DNA of 64,000 nucleotides from Paraspadella gotoi (GCA_051294375.1 CM119263.1:10365275-10429274); one strand, 5' to 3'. Counted from the stretch's first letter, positions 44,383 through 58,440 are shown. Numbers and translations: made by a program. Notes: generated by a model from the sequence alone, not told the origin.

Positions 44383-47081
44383 GCGAATATTTACAAACGC
44401 AGACACAATCTCTTCCCAAAGATTCCAAGACGATACTTCTTCATATCCTACATACCCTTCCTCTATTTTCTTTCTCTCTCCCCTCCTCCTCCCACGCCCT
44501 GCCCCTTCCTCTTTCCCACCTCCTTCCCGCTCTCCTCCCTCGACGGAAAAACCCGAACGACTTCACTCAAACGTCTTTCCTAAGATTTTATCTCACTTTC
44601 TTTTTTCGTCTTATCGATAATCTGGTGGAAAGGGGGTAAAGAGGGGAAAAAGGGGTAGATAAGGAGAAAAATGGGGGAGTATGTGTATAAGCTCCGTTGA
44701 AAAGAAGGGAGCACCGGGAGGATGTGACAAAGCCGAGAAGTTTTAGAACTGAGGGTAAATGATGGAGGTGAAAGAATTTTGTAGCGATTTTAGCAAAAGG
44801 AGTGCGAATTGTGAAATAACAGGAGAATCTGAGAAGTGAAAAAAAACTAGTTTGTTCGAATCTCACCCGTTACGAAAAGTATTAGAAATTGAGCGACCTA
44901 TTAAGAGTAATTAAGGCACTACTCAGCGACAGATTTAGCGAAATTGTGTTGACTGCAGCCTGTACGTACATCGCAGAATTCAAGCTGGAACGAAAAAAAA
45001 AGAGAGCATAAATCAGTTGGTTGTCAACGGCGCAGGACTGGCTGGAGTGAGCGACCGGGATTTTTCAAAAGAGTCGGACCAATCGAGATAACAAACGATT
45101 TTCCCGCAGTTTCTCTTTTTCCTTTGTTTTCTTTTTAAACGGACTTTTGTGATTCTTCTATTTTTTTTTTTTAAACAAAAATGATCGATGTTGAAATCGC
45201 AGTTTCTGTCGAGAGTTTCGATGATTTGTGACTCAACAGCAGCGACATACATGAGACAGAGTCGGTGAACTGACGTGAGACAGTCATGCGTTTTAGACTT
45301 TGAGGGGCATTTCATACAGATGACTTTGGAATAATGTTAAATATATAAAGAGTATTGACACGTATTAACATGAAACTGGGTTGTTTTTAACACTCAATTT
45401 ACATTTATAAAAGATGTACCGAGTTTTTATATACAATTCCATGGAGATACATCTAAATATTACCAAGCAGCCAAAGAAACCACGCAGGGCTGGAGTTCAT
45501 CGAGATGTTAACAGTCCTTATGAAAAATGAAAACAACGATTAAGAATCTACTATTATTTTCTTTAAATAAAATTTCCTATTGCCAACCTCGGCCTAAGTT
45601 CATTGAACTGATAAAGTTTTCAAGTCGTAAGCCTTGAGACTAAAAGTCTGAAAAATCGGGACTGAGGCTACCGAATCTAGACCGTTACGAGTCTAATAGA
45701 TGTAAGGCGTTGAAAATGTTATACGTTGCTGCATTTGTATTGTCGAAAAAAAAAAATAGAAAAACTTAAACAATAAATTTCTAAATTTACGAAGAGAGAG
45801 TAAAACTACAAATGAAAAAAAAAAAACCGTCAAAACGAATTTAAAAAAAATAGAAAAACTGTAAAAAAAAAAAAAAATTACAAAAGTTTAAAAAAAAAAA
45901 AAAAAATGTTTTTTTTTGGGAAAACCTTTTATCCTTGTTTTTTTCCGATTTTGACGTTTATTCTCTTGACTTTTGGGAAAAAAAAATAAAATCCAGGTCC
46001 AATTTCAAAAGCATCATCAGCGGGTTCGTCCGCCGTTCTCCTCCGGGAGGGTGGAGGGTAGAAAAGGAGAAAGGCACAAATAGGGTTGGGGCGGAGAGAA
46101 TGATTGACATCCGAGAGAACAGAGAAAAGTTTGGGCTTGATAGACTTAACTTGACGGGAAAGACTGATGGTCCTCTCCCAAACGGACGGCTGAATTACTC
46201 GCCAAGAAAAACGTTTTGAAACAATGCACCGATTCTAATTGTAATTTTTTTGATTTATTCAAATACAAGTTTTAAAGGAAATTAATTTGTGATCCGGCGG
46301 ACGTAAATGTCGACCAAAAACTATAAAATTAAAACTCGAACACCATGTTGAGACCCCTGTAGTAATTTTTTTTGGTTATGAATAAATGTAAAAACCTTTT
46401 TACAAATTCACCACACGAACCAAATTCTAAATACGAAGTGAAGGGAAAAAAAAAACCGAGAAAAGTAATTAGCTGAGATGTCGCGTGATTCAATGCGAAA
46501 CACACGCCACGTGAAATGTCATGAAATACGACGTGAAGGCTCGTGAAAAAAACAAAACCGATCCAAGCTTCGATTTTTTTCTTTCAAACAAAAAAAGAAA
46601 AAAAAAAAGAGAAAAACTCCTTCCGGGAATTTTTTTTTTGTAACAAAGTCTTTCTCTGTTTCTAATCTTGGAAAATAAAAAAAAAAAACTCGAGACGGTT
46701 AGTTTCAAAATTCGAAGACGGACATAAAGCAGAAATAAAACGGACATAAAACAGACACGCAGAATGTATAGATGACAAAGGATCGATTCTCAGGGGGAAA
46801 AAAATACGCGATAAAGGGAAAAGAGAGAAGAAAAAAAAGAATAAGGAGAAATAAAGGAAGATAGAGAAGAATAAAAATGAGCGAAGGGTGACGGAGAAAG
46901 AAAAAGAAAGTTAAGAAGTAAGAAAGAAAAAAAAAGAGAAAGTTGTCTCAGAGGGGGATCATGAAAATAGACTCAATAAAAATTAAAAATATATATAAAT
47001 AGAAGAATGATGTTGATAAGAAAATAGAGAGAGGGAGAGAGAGAGAAAGAGAGCTGAGCAGAGAGAGAGAGAAGAGGAGAG

Positions 47082-47139
<58 letters not shown>

Positions 47140-47531
47140 ACATGACGAAACGTTCTTGAGCTTCAAAAGCCCGAGTAATTTAACAAATAGAATTGATTGG
47201 GCGAATAAAAAAAAAAAAAAATAAGATTTGAAAAATCGGTTCTATAAAAGAAATGAATTTAAAAAAAAGTTTTCTTAAGATCAGGAGCCAACTAAAGACA
47301 ATAAGTCAGAGGGATATTATCGATGGATATAATATATTATCTCTCTTCTCCTTTCGTCGTCTTACGGCGAACAGTTTGAATTCGATATTTCAGTCTGGTC
47401 AACTTCTCCTGTCTGATGATTATATAACTAATATGATTACAACTAAAAAACTCTGCCTGATGATTTCTCTGAGCAATAAAAACCCAGTCGCGGTTTTGAA
47501 ACGCGAAACCCCAAGACGACCGCCCACTCTC

Positions 47532-47595
<64 letters not shown>

Positions 47596-48127
47596 TCCTA
47601 GGACATTTAAAATCATTAAATTTTTTAATTTTACAATTGAATTGACTGTACAGTATATTCCGAAGTTAACAACCGAGTTAAATCTTTTACTCCGTGCTTA
47701 GCTGCTAAGTATATTGTATTCCGCCCATTGAAAATTTTAGCCCTATTTTCTAATTCTATGGAGCGGGGTCGGTATTTAAAAGCTGAAAGCTGAAAGCTGA
47801 AACGTTGAAACTTTTAACTATTAACAAAGATTCTCTAAATATAGTAAAACGAGGTGGTAGATCTTAAATCTGACAATTATCGTCGTCACCAACGAAGAAC
47901 CGGAATATCGTGTGTTATCTCAACCACCACATTCTCCTCCTCCTCCTCCTCTTCCTCCTCCTCTTTCTCCTCCAGCCAAAACAACAACAACAACAACAAC
48001 AGGAATCACAACAAAGCCATTCGGATTTTCGACGTCTGAGGTTTTTAGTTTCAGGTTCTTATCGATTCGCCGTTGGGGTTCGAACCCGAGATGTTTTTCA
48101 GACTTCATTCTATGTTCCTGGTTTTTT

Positions 48128-48159
<32 letters not shown>

Positions 48160-48646
48160 GGTTTTAAATATGACACGAAATTAAAGATAAAGCGAAGAGA
48201 GAAAAAAAAATGTGATCGCGTGATCGGTTCGATTGAATTCACATCTGATCACGTGACGCATCTTTCACCTGCCAAGGTTGCGTGGGCAAAAATTTAGATG
48301 GTCGAATTATCTTGTCGTATAATCACTTAATAATGTAAGCATCTCGAATCTAGTTTTTTTTTGTGACAGTTTGTCATTTAATTTTTCCATCAGTTGGTGT
48401 ATCGGTGATTTCATTTAGAATTCTATGTATATGATAATATATGATATAAAATATCTACATATGATTATCGAGCCGCTTGTCATGTATCTCAAAGGCAAAC
48501 TGAAGCTCGCCTTATCTCTTTTTTCGTGAGATCGCATCAATCTGTTTTTGGAATCGTCACGTGACCAAATCGGATTACATCGTGATCAGATGTCGCGTAG
48601 ATGAGATTGTCACCGGGTGACCTTTTCACGAGAGCCCAACGTGATA

Positions 48647-48715
48647 ATCATCATCGTCATCATCAATCATTATCATCATCAATCATTATCATCATCAATC
48701 ATCATCATCATCATC

Positions 48716-48776
<61 letters not shown>
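48647..48776 (+). repeat. (CAT)n microsatellite, degenerate then perfect
   Basis: Direct reading. Confidence 0.95.
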
Positions 48777-50759
48777 TTCCGCCTCGTCTCGTCTCCCTCC
48801 ATTTTGTCATCTTCCTCTCCATTAAATTCTGTCTGATCCTCTTCATTAGCGAAAAGGTAAGTCGGGCTCGTCTTACCTTTCATAATCGAACCCACCTGAC
48901 GGCTCATTCATGCGTTTAAAAAGAAACTTAATCTTATCCATCTCCTTTTCTCCTTCTCTTCCTCCTCCTCTTCCTCCTCTTGCTCCTCCTCCTCTTCTTA
49001 ACCATGAACAGGAAACGAAAAACATAATTATTTCCCTTTTAACTATTAATTCTTGAATTCTCGCTGTCTACTACGTAAGAACTCAGGATTTGATTTGATT
49101 CGATTTAAACGCACTTCGCCCGCCCATGTTTTAGTTAACTTTTTATGAAATTTTTCCCGATTTCCCCTTATACAACCTCGTTAATTATAATTATTTTCCC
49201 TTAAGATGATAAAAGTACCAAAATATACTTTTTTTTCCGCAACATATTAGGCAATGTAATGTAGAATAATGACGTAATTTACCCGGAAGAAACCAGACTA
49301 AAAACTTCTGCGCCCTGCCGCACATTGTAACGGTCGTCGTCGTCGTCATCGTCGTCGTCGTGTTCACCCGTTCACCCTCATCGACTCCAGAGTCATCAAT
49401 CATCGTCGTCGTCTTCGTCGTCGTCTTCGTCGTCGTCATCTTCGTCGTCGTCTCCAGGCAAATGATAGGCAAGAGACTTCTCCCTCTACTCACTCTCCGA
49501 TTCACGCAAAAATGAATTTTAAATAACTTTTGCTATTAAAACCGAATTGAGTCGCGATGCCTTTTTTTTCCATCTTTTTTTCATTTTTTTTTTCATCGAG
49601 GTTGCACTTTTTTTTATCGTCGTCGTCGTCTTCGTCAACGTCACGTATGTCGTCGTCGTTACCATCTTTGTTGACACGATGAACGTCATTGCAAAGGTCG
49701 TTCTATATATATTCTATATATCATTATTCCTGAACTTATAAAAGAGTTTTGATCTCCACTCTTCATTGCAGTTGTGACTGTTGTTTGTCGTTTTTGCCAT
49801 CAAAGTCACTTTGGTCGTTTCCTTCGTCTTGGACGTCGTTGTCGTGCTAATCTTAGTCGTCGTCGTCGTCGTCATCGTCGTCGTCGTCTTCCCCAGGGGT
49901 CATCACGACTCTGTCGTGTGAAACTGGTGAAGACTTTTCACAAACGGAGTGAAAAGGAGGCTAATGTGGTTCAGAAGAGGAAGAAGAAGATCAAGAGGAC
50001 GATTTCGTTGAATATTCAGGATATTAAAAAAAATTAAAAACATCCTAATTTTTACATATTGCTCAAAAATATTTAAAGAATACGCAAAAGAGTTGATATT
50101 TATGTATTTTTAAGATGCATAAGAATATCCTACATCATAAGAAAGTTTCAGAATATTCAATAGTTTAAAATTTTCTGAATTATGATCCTGAGAACTTTGG
50201 CTCCTTCCGGAAAATATCCCGGGGTTTCATACGTGGGAGAAAAGAGACAATCCGTCTGTACTCTGATCCACTCAGCATTTCCCTCGCACGCAATCTCACG
50301 AAAGAAGATTTATAAGCTCTTGGATGCATGCCTCCCATCGGCATTGCATGCGATTTGCACGAAAGTCCATGGTTCAAGCCCATTCAGGTTTTTCCGTAAA
50401 AGTGATTTAATTTTTTTCCCCGTGAAATGGTGGCGACTTTAACTCAAACTCTTGTCGATTTAGTGGCCATTGTGGAGATTGCTCTTGGCGGTGCAAACAA
50501 TTAATGTAATTTTTTTTCGTGATCAGCATCAGTTGGAATCGATTATTGCGTTTCCGTTGTCTTCAGAATCGACATTCCCCCCCCAAGGCGTCTTTGTAAA
50601 ATCTATTTAGAATTGGAAATTGTGTTTTCATTTCCATTGGAGTCGGCAATTGTTTTTGTGACGCTGTTGAAAGATTTAAAGATTGTATCGAATAAAATCT
50701 TCACTACAATGACTCGGTTTAAAAGTCGTTGCGTTTTTCTTTCCCCTCATCTCTCTTCT

Positions 50760-50870
<111 letters not shown>

Positions 50871-50965
50871 TTTGCTCGGCAGAGAAGGAAATGGCGCGAG
50901 AGAATTTTTTCCACGAGTTTAAAGGAGAAAAAAAAAGAGGCCATCGACGCGGTAATGGGGAGAGT

Positions 50966-51145
50966 GGCATGGGTCGACATGGCATGGGTCGCGATGGCAT
51001 GGATCGAGATGGCATGGGTCGACATGGCACGAGTCGGGATGGCACGGGTCGGGATGGCATTGGTCGACATGGCACGGGTCTAGATGGCACGGGTCGGGAT
51101 GGCATGGGTCGACATGGCACGGGTCGGGATGGCATAGGTCGGGAT
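50966..51145 (+). repeat. 15-bp minisatellite, 12 copies (consensus GGCAYGGGTCGRSAT)
   Basis: Twelve in-register 15-mers with no indels; units 1, 4, 7 and 10 end in GACAT. Confidence 0.95.
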
Positions 51146-52181
51146 TAGACGTTGAGGAATGCTATGGGAACATAAGAAGATCACTGGAAGGACTTTAAGT
51201 TTTTTAGTTAATGTGTATAGGATCGTTGTTCTAGGCAAATGTGAGAATATCACTACTAACTATATTTTTTATAAAAAAATAAAACATTGCATTGAATTGA
51301 ATTTAAGTAAAAAATAGTCAACGATGGTAAAGAGAAGATATTTAATTGACAGGGAATTTAGGTCAAACTAAAAAGTGGAATGTAAAATTGTAGAGGATTA
51401 ACTTTAAAGGAGAATAATCAAATGTGATAAGAAAGAAGAAAATGAGATAGAAAAAAGTTTGTAAAGTATACATGTTATGAAATTGGTACAACCAATATAA
51501 AAATTATCCATTCATTTAATAAATAAGCTATCTTGCCCCTGACTTTGGACAGGCTTTGGTGGTTTAAGGCCTCCATCACTCTTACACATATATAATATAT
51601 ATATATGGGTGAAAAAAATAAAAGGAAAAAAAAATATTAGAAAGATGAAAAATGATTAAGCGCAATTAAACCTTAATTCACTTTGACGCTAAAACATAAT
51701 AAAATTGAAAAGTTAATACAAAATCTTTGATTGATTTAAAGCCACACATTTCCCGTCGTCGTCGTCGTCGTCGTCGTCGTTATAATCGTACTCTAAAGCT
51801 AATCGTCGTCGCGATAGTCGTCATCCTCGTCGTCGTTGTCTCTTTATCGCAACAGCATCAGTCGATGTTGCATCGACGACTCAATGAAGATTCGCGAATT
51901 CGTCTCACGCGCATCGAGACTCAAATCTCGTCGGCGACAAAAACGCAAATTTCCTCCTCCGCCCCTTCCTCCTCCTCCTGCTCCGCCCCCTCCTCCTCAT
52001 CTTCGCCGATGACGACACATTGGTCTAATTGTCATGGGCAACTTCCATCTGGGACCCATGAAGCACCATGAATTTTAAGTGGAGATGTCGTGAGGAGTTG
52101 TGAGCGTTGTTTGTTATCGTTTTTATCAGGTGAAGAGGATTATAGTAACCTATGAAAATTTGCAAATTACTTGTTTCACTA

Positions 52182-52223
52182 TTTTCTATTTTTATATTTT
52201 ATGAAGGATTTAGTATTTAATCT
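52182..52223 (+). repeat. 42-bp dispersed repeat fragment, copy 2
   Basis: Identical to 17461-17502. Confidence 0.75.
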
Positions 52224-52310
52224 ATATTAATAATCTATGTTACAATCATTGAATTTTGGAGAAACTTTTATGCTCATTTCCTCGTCCTCATCAACGTCTT
52301 GTTAGTTTCT

Positions 52311-52356
<46 letters not shown>

Positions 52357-52511
52357 GCGCTATTCTCTTTGAAATAATCTTCATCCTCTTCATCTTCATC
52401 TATCTTCGTCTTCATCGTCGTCGTTGTCTTCACCGACGTCGTCATCTGCGCTATTGGGCAGAAAAAAAGAAGGAAATCAATTTCCACTCGAATCGACTGA
52501 ACAAACATCCA

Positions 52512-52545
<34 letters not shown>

Positions 52546-53853
52546 AGGAGAAGCAATTCGAACGAGTCGTTTTAAACTTATCTCCGCTGCGAATGAGGTT
52601 GGGGTGAGGTATTGGGTTGAGTCGCGCCGCATGAGTAAGTCTATCGGTGAAAAGATGACGGGTAAGGCTGTCGAAAGGTGAAACGTTGAAGGAAAAAGGG
52701 TGAGGTAAATCGGTCAGCAGCTGCGAGGGAGAAGGCGTGGCTGCAGAAATATTCCGGTTATCACTTGGAACTGACATTTGTAGGCGATTTAAAAGTTGAA
52801 AAGTTTTACAACCACCGCGCGGTCAGGTTTTTGAATATAAGAAAAAAAAATATATTAAATTATGCTGGTTTTAATTAAACTAAAAGATCCTCGTTTTGTT
52901 TTTAATTCGTAAAAAAATAATTTCAAAAAATAAAAGGCGGCGCAGTCTTGCGGCCGGGCAAAAGGAACCGACAAACCGACAAACGAATGGCGATCGATTG
53001 AAAACCCAAAAATTGCAATAAAAATAAAAGTTTAAAAATTAAAAAAATGAAAACGTGAAGATCGGAAGCGTGAAAGGCGGCGCAATTAACTCTGACAGTA
53101 AAAATCTTTACGATTCGTTCGACCTTCTCGACGCGTTTAAAGCCGAACGCTCGCGCAAGCGTTCTCCCCCGCCCGACCACTCGCTCCTCTACTCTTTTTC
53201 CTTTCGCAATCCCCAACTGGATTTCTTCTTTCTTTGCTTTTTCCTCTTCTTCTCGTTTCCTCACCCGAATCATCCCTCACCCCCTTTTCCCCTTCACGCA
53301 GAAACTCACCTTTTTTTTTCTCCTCCACTGTCTCATCTTCTTGTTTGCTCTTTTCCACCCGCGCTCCTCCTTTTTCCCCTCGTCCTTCATTTCACCTTTT
53401 TTTTTTTTTGAAACTCTCTTGCCCATGAGACGCTGATGACTCTAAGAAGAGTAGATCGCGAATTTTCACTTTGCTTTCCATTCCTAGTGTGAAATCTGTA
53501 CCAGAAAATCTGAGTCACACTCTCGCTTTATCATCACCAATTCAAGAAAACTCTTGAAGGCGCAACACATTAAATATCCTCATTCCTCAGACCCCCCAAT
53601 TTTGGCCCCCTTTCCATTTTACTCCCTCCTCGATCTTTGATGTCGAAACCATTCAGTTTGGCGGGAAACGTCGTAATATCCGTCCCCGTGGAGGGCGCGC
53701 CTCCACCGAAACCGGCGCCGTTATCCAAAGCGGCGCCAAACTGCGTCTTTGGCGCCCTGTACCTTCCCATTACGGCGCCGCCTTTCAAATGGGCGCCACA
53801 AAGATTTGAAGGCGTAGAAAGAGGTCCAGTTGAGGGAGAGAGGGGAGGAAGGG

Positions 53854-53907
<54 letters not shown>

Positions 53908-56122
53908 AGAAGAGAGAGAGAGAGAGAGAGAGAAGATAAACGATATCGATCCAAGGAAAAGGAAGGAAAAGAGAAGTAAACAAAAATCCGAAGTTTGGAA
54001 AATAAAATTGAGTCTTCAACTCAAAGATTTTCAAATCGTTTTCCTTCCATTGAGGGAAATGGAGATGGGACAATATTGAATTGCTAATGGAAACGGAGAT
54101 GGGACGAGAATGACTCTTGGGAGGAGTGTGGGGATGGAACCGATGGAACCGACAATGAACGACCTGATGATTGTTTGAACAACTACGGGTACTAATAATG
54201 AAAACGAGATGGCACTCGATTCTGAAATTGAATAATAGAAACTGGATGAGATGAAAAGTTGGTAAGTTGGCAAGTTGGTAAGCGATGGAGGACTTCCTCG
54301 TTGATGTCGTCAAAATCGATTCCCACCTTCGAAGTTCTTAAAAAGGAGACACAATAAAAGTCGGGTTCAGATGGAGTCTCGCTCGGGACGTGATGCCGGG
54401 GGAAGAGGAGGAGGAGGAGGAGGAGGAGGAGAAGAAGAAGAAGAGAAGGGGAGGAGACGACAATGCTCAAAGTAAACGACGAAGACGACGAAGTCTACAC
54501 AACGGTGACAACGACGACGCTGACACGGACGGCGACAATGACAATTACGACGACAAAGACGACGACGACTCTCGCGCCACCACGCGCGCCTTCAATCACC
54601 GGAAATGACCCGAAAAACTGTCTTTACTGCGTCGGCGTCTAATTTAGGACTTTGAATAACCCGAGCGTCGACCCGCGGAAGGGAGAAGGCGGCGCGAGTC
54701 GTCAAAAGGCCCAAATACTTTCACCTCCCGAAAAGTTTTTCACTCCCGAGAAATACAAAGCGAAAAGTGTTTGCGACCTCGAAAAAAAAAAAAACGAAAA
54801 AAAAACCGTGAAAATAATAAAATAAGCTGTACAAAAGGGGCTAATCTTATAAACTTAAATTTTTTATTCAAGTTGAAAAACAGTATGCCAGTTTAAATAT
54901 TCTGAATATGAGTTCAACAACAACAACAACAACTACCAGATTCCCAGATATCTCGAGATTTTGAGGTGAAGATTTCTGGTTTTCGAGGCAGCGAAGCGAG
55001 AGGACAGCGGATCGATCCTTGAGATTGTCTCAAGTGGTTCTCATTCATTTTCATTGTTCTTTTGGTTCATTATTTTCTTCTTATTATTTTTCATTCTTAA
55101 AAAAAAAATTCTTTTTAGCTAAATTTTAGATCAATTTAGCTTTCTTCCTTGCTCGCATGATCTAATAGCTTATACTTTTTATATCATTTTGTTTTATTAC
55201 TTTAAACGTTCTTTACTTCTTTCCTTCTTTCTTTTATTATTTTTTTCTCCTCTATCTTTTATCCTTCCATCGTTTATTTTCTCCGCGAATTAAGCGTCTG
55301 ATTTAGTCACCGATGCCGTGACGACGACGACGACGATAACGACGATGTTAACGACGACGACGACGACGACGATACTATTCATCTCCGTCCAGATGAAAGA
55401 TCTTCTTTCCTTCGATGGAACGAAGGAAGATTTTCTTTCTCCTCTTCGGCTGGGAAAGGTAAGTCGCAATCGTCTCTCATTCTTCGAGGTAATGAGACTT
55501 AATGATTGATTAAATAAGGATTGCCTTTCGGTGAAGGCAGTTTTAACGAGGGGTTGTGGAATCGGAGACTTGAAAGGCGTTGGCTGAACGGGTCTCGCGG
55601 GGGTATTTAGATAAAAGCATTTCTCAAATTAAGTTATGAAGAGAATTTAATTGGATTTAACTTGATTTAATTGTATTTAAGTGTAATTTTAACTCTCTTC
55701 ATCGGCAAACGTGGCAATCGCTTAAAAAGTTCAAAAATATTATACGTATATATAAGTAATAAGAATAACGCATTGAATCGGAAACATTACGTAGCTGAGC
55801 GAAAGTTATAATTTTAAAAATTTTATTAATACGAGCTCCATTTTACTTATCCGCAATCTGTCAGAATCGCAGCGTTCACAGTCGAGATTTTGTCGCTTCA
55901 TCGAACGTCCTCAGATTCTATCCATCTGCCCGTCAAACGCAGGCGGCACCCACCGCGCGTGTGAATCGACGCATCGTAAGCATCGAGGCGAAACGAAACG
56001 CATCGTACACTCACCTCGATCTCGCGCGCACGCGCGTAAAAAAAAAAGAGAGAAAAAAAAAATCGGGATTTCTTATTCATGAATTCATGCATGAAGAAAT
56101 TAATTGCTTCCTTATTCTCAAG

Positions 56123-56162
<40 letters not shown>

Positions 56163-56187
56163 CTCTCCTCTCTCTCTCCTCTCTCCT

Positions 56188-56231
<44 letters not shown>

Positions 56232-56564
56232 CATTCTCGTCGAATCTTCCCCCTCCTCCCCGATACTTTTCCAGCGCCTTCTTTTTATGTGAAAGTCACA
56301 CCCACTTTCGCCGTCTCTTGACTGCTCCAGCGCTCCACGCTTCTTTCCTCGTCACTCCTTAGTCACTCCTTAGTCCCTCAGTCACACTTTTTTTCTCTTT
56401 GAATTTTATATTTGACGTTCCTACAGCTGGAGTTTCGATTATCTTTTTAACTCTGTAATCTTTGGTTTATTGTTGAACATTCATTGCGACCTAATTAAGT
56501 TTTCTCAATCCCAGAAAAATTTATTCATGTCATAATCACTCCTACAGCAGCTGATCTGACTTAC

Positions 56565-56627
56565 CTCGACACAGGCGTCCAAAGCAGCATCTCCCCTGCA
56601 GCTTAGCAGCACCCGACGGAAAATCAT
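56565..56627 (-). CDS. Candidate first coding exon, 21 codons (MIFRRVLLSCRGDAALDACVE), product unknown
   Basis: Minus strand reads GCAGCC-ATG (Kozak-like), is open for 63 nt of GC-rich non-repetitive sequence, and ends at a consensus GAG|GTAAGT donor in phase 0. No homology recognised and no downstream exon identified. Confidence 0.3.
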
Positions 56628-57505
56628 GGCTGCTTCTCCCTTGGCCGAGTCTCGAGGGAACTGGTCGTTTTCGTCGTCGTCGTCGTCGTTATCGCCGTCG
56701 TCGTCGTCGTCTTCGCCGTCGACATCTCAATCATCGTCTTTATCATCGTCATCATTGGCGCGATTTTTTTAACGGGATTTTTATATATTCCTTTGTCCCG
56801 TTGTTTTCTCAAGGCCTGGTTATAAGAAAATAAATAAAAACTGCCTATAAATAAAATCTTGGAAATAAAAGGGGAATCTCTCTCGCTCTCTCTCTCTCTC
56901 TCCCTCTCTCTCTCTCTCTTTCTCTCTCTCCCTCACTCAGATAACGACGTCTTCGGCCTTCGGGACTTCCCAATGGTTCGATTGAGAGAGTTTCTTCACC
57001 GCCACCTGCGACGTAGTTACAGATGATACACGAGCTGCTGATGATGAAAAGGTTGCAGATGATTTGGACGCTAAACTAAAATTTATTTTATGTATTACGA
57101 AAATTTCAGTTCAATATTGGAGACACACATGCCCTTTTACTACACTTTAAAATAAAACAAAAATTACGTTCAAATTTACATATTTTGTATGTATTTAAAT
57201 AAATTTATCTCGTGACTGTTATTTGAAAGACGTTTCTGACAAAGTCGTCACATTACTTCATAGTCACGCCTCTCGTGGCCGTGAGACTGTGACGGTGAGT
57301 CCGAGTCGACCCGCCTCGGCGAACCCGGGCCGTCGACACCTCAGCCTCATCGCTTAGATAAAGTGCCACGCCGTGTCTCGCCCCGTCACGCCGTGACAGG
57401 CTTGGTCGTGACAGATGGCACAGGTGTAGGACGAGACTCGTTACCGAGGCGATAAAATCCGGCCGTGAAAAAAAGGTGTCTCTATCTCTCCCCCCCTTTC
57501 TCTCT

Positions 57506-57590
<85 letters not shown>

Positions 57591-58440
57591 GCTCTCTTGC
57601 GCGTCAGACGGGAAACTTTTGTTTGTTTTACATCTCATTAATTTCGGTTGTTTTTTTTTTCTCTCTCCTCTCTCTCTCTCTCTTTTAGGTCGTTAAGGGA
57701 GAAACGCGCGCTTTTCCCCTCAAACTCGTTTAATCTCACATTCATTCTCGCATTAATTCTCACATTTATACTCGGATAAATTCTCATACAAATTCTCACA
57801 TTCATTATGACTCAGTACTTAGGAAATATCATGAATTGATAAGATTTAACTTAAGTTTTACGAAAAAACATTTAACATGTTTTGTGACGCCGATTTAAAA
57901 GGAGGTGACAGAGGAGACAACGACGAAGCCGACGACGAAGACGACGACGAAACAAACGACGAAGAAGACGACAAAACCTACGAAGACGACGACGACAATT
58001 CCTACGACGACGATGATGATGACAGAGATGGCGTCGTGGTCTCTCCCAAGTGACGGAGGACGAGATTAATCTCGATCTTCACAAAAAATAAAAAGAACAA
58101 AGAGAAGAAAAAAAAGGTAAACAAACGAGACACAAACAAAATCAACCAATGATGAAAATTCCCGGCGAAGAACATATAAAAGAAACCTTAAATCTTAAAA
58201 AAAATTGAGAAAAATAGGAGAACAAAAAGCAATAAACAAGAAACCATAAGTCATACGAACAAAACGAGAACTAAACGATAGTTTTTTTTTATTTGGGGGT
58301 GGGGGAGTTCTCTTTCCTTTTTCTTTCTTTTTTTTTCTTTTTTTTGTCAATTTTTCGCGTCGTTTCATCGTCCTTCGCGAAAAACGTCAAAAATCGAAAT
58401 AGGATCGAAAATTGTGTTTCGAAATCAAAGAGAAAAGAGA

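Noticed and set aside
48077-48087. Pol III B-box-like GGTTCGAACCC (tRNA or SINE)
   Set aside because: No A-box at a suitable distance and no cloverleaf on either strand.
50181-50383. Peptide fragments GRKETIR (carnitine acyltransferase-like) and HGLSCK (non-LTR zinc-knuckle-like)
   Set aside because: Short chance-level resemblances on opposite strands with nearby stops and no flanking conserved residues.
53570-54313. 247-aa minus-strand ORF
   Set aside because: Reads through a (CT)n tract, has no recognisable domain, and shows no evident splice structure.
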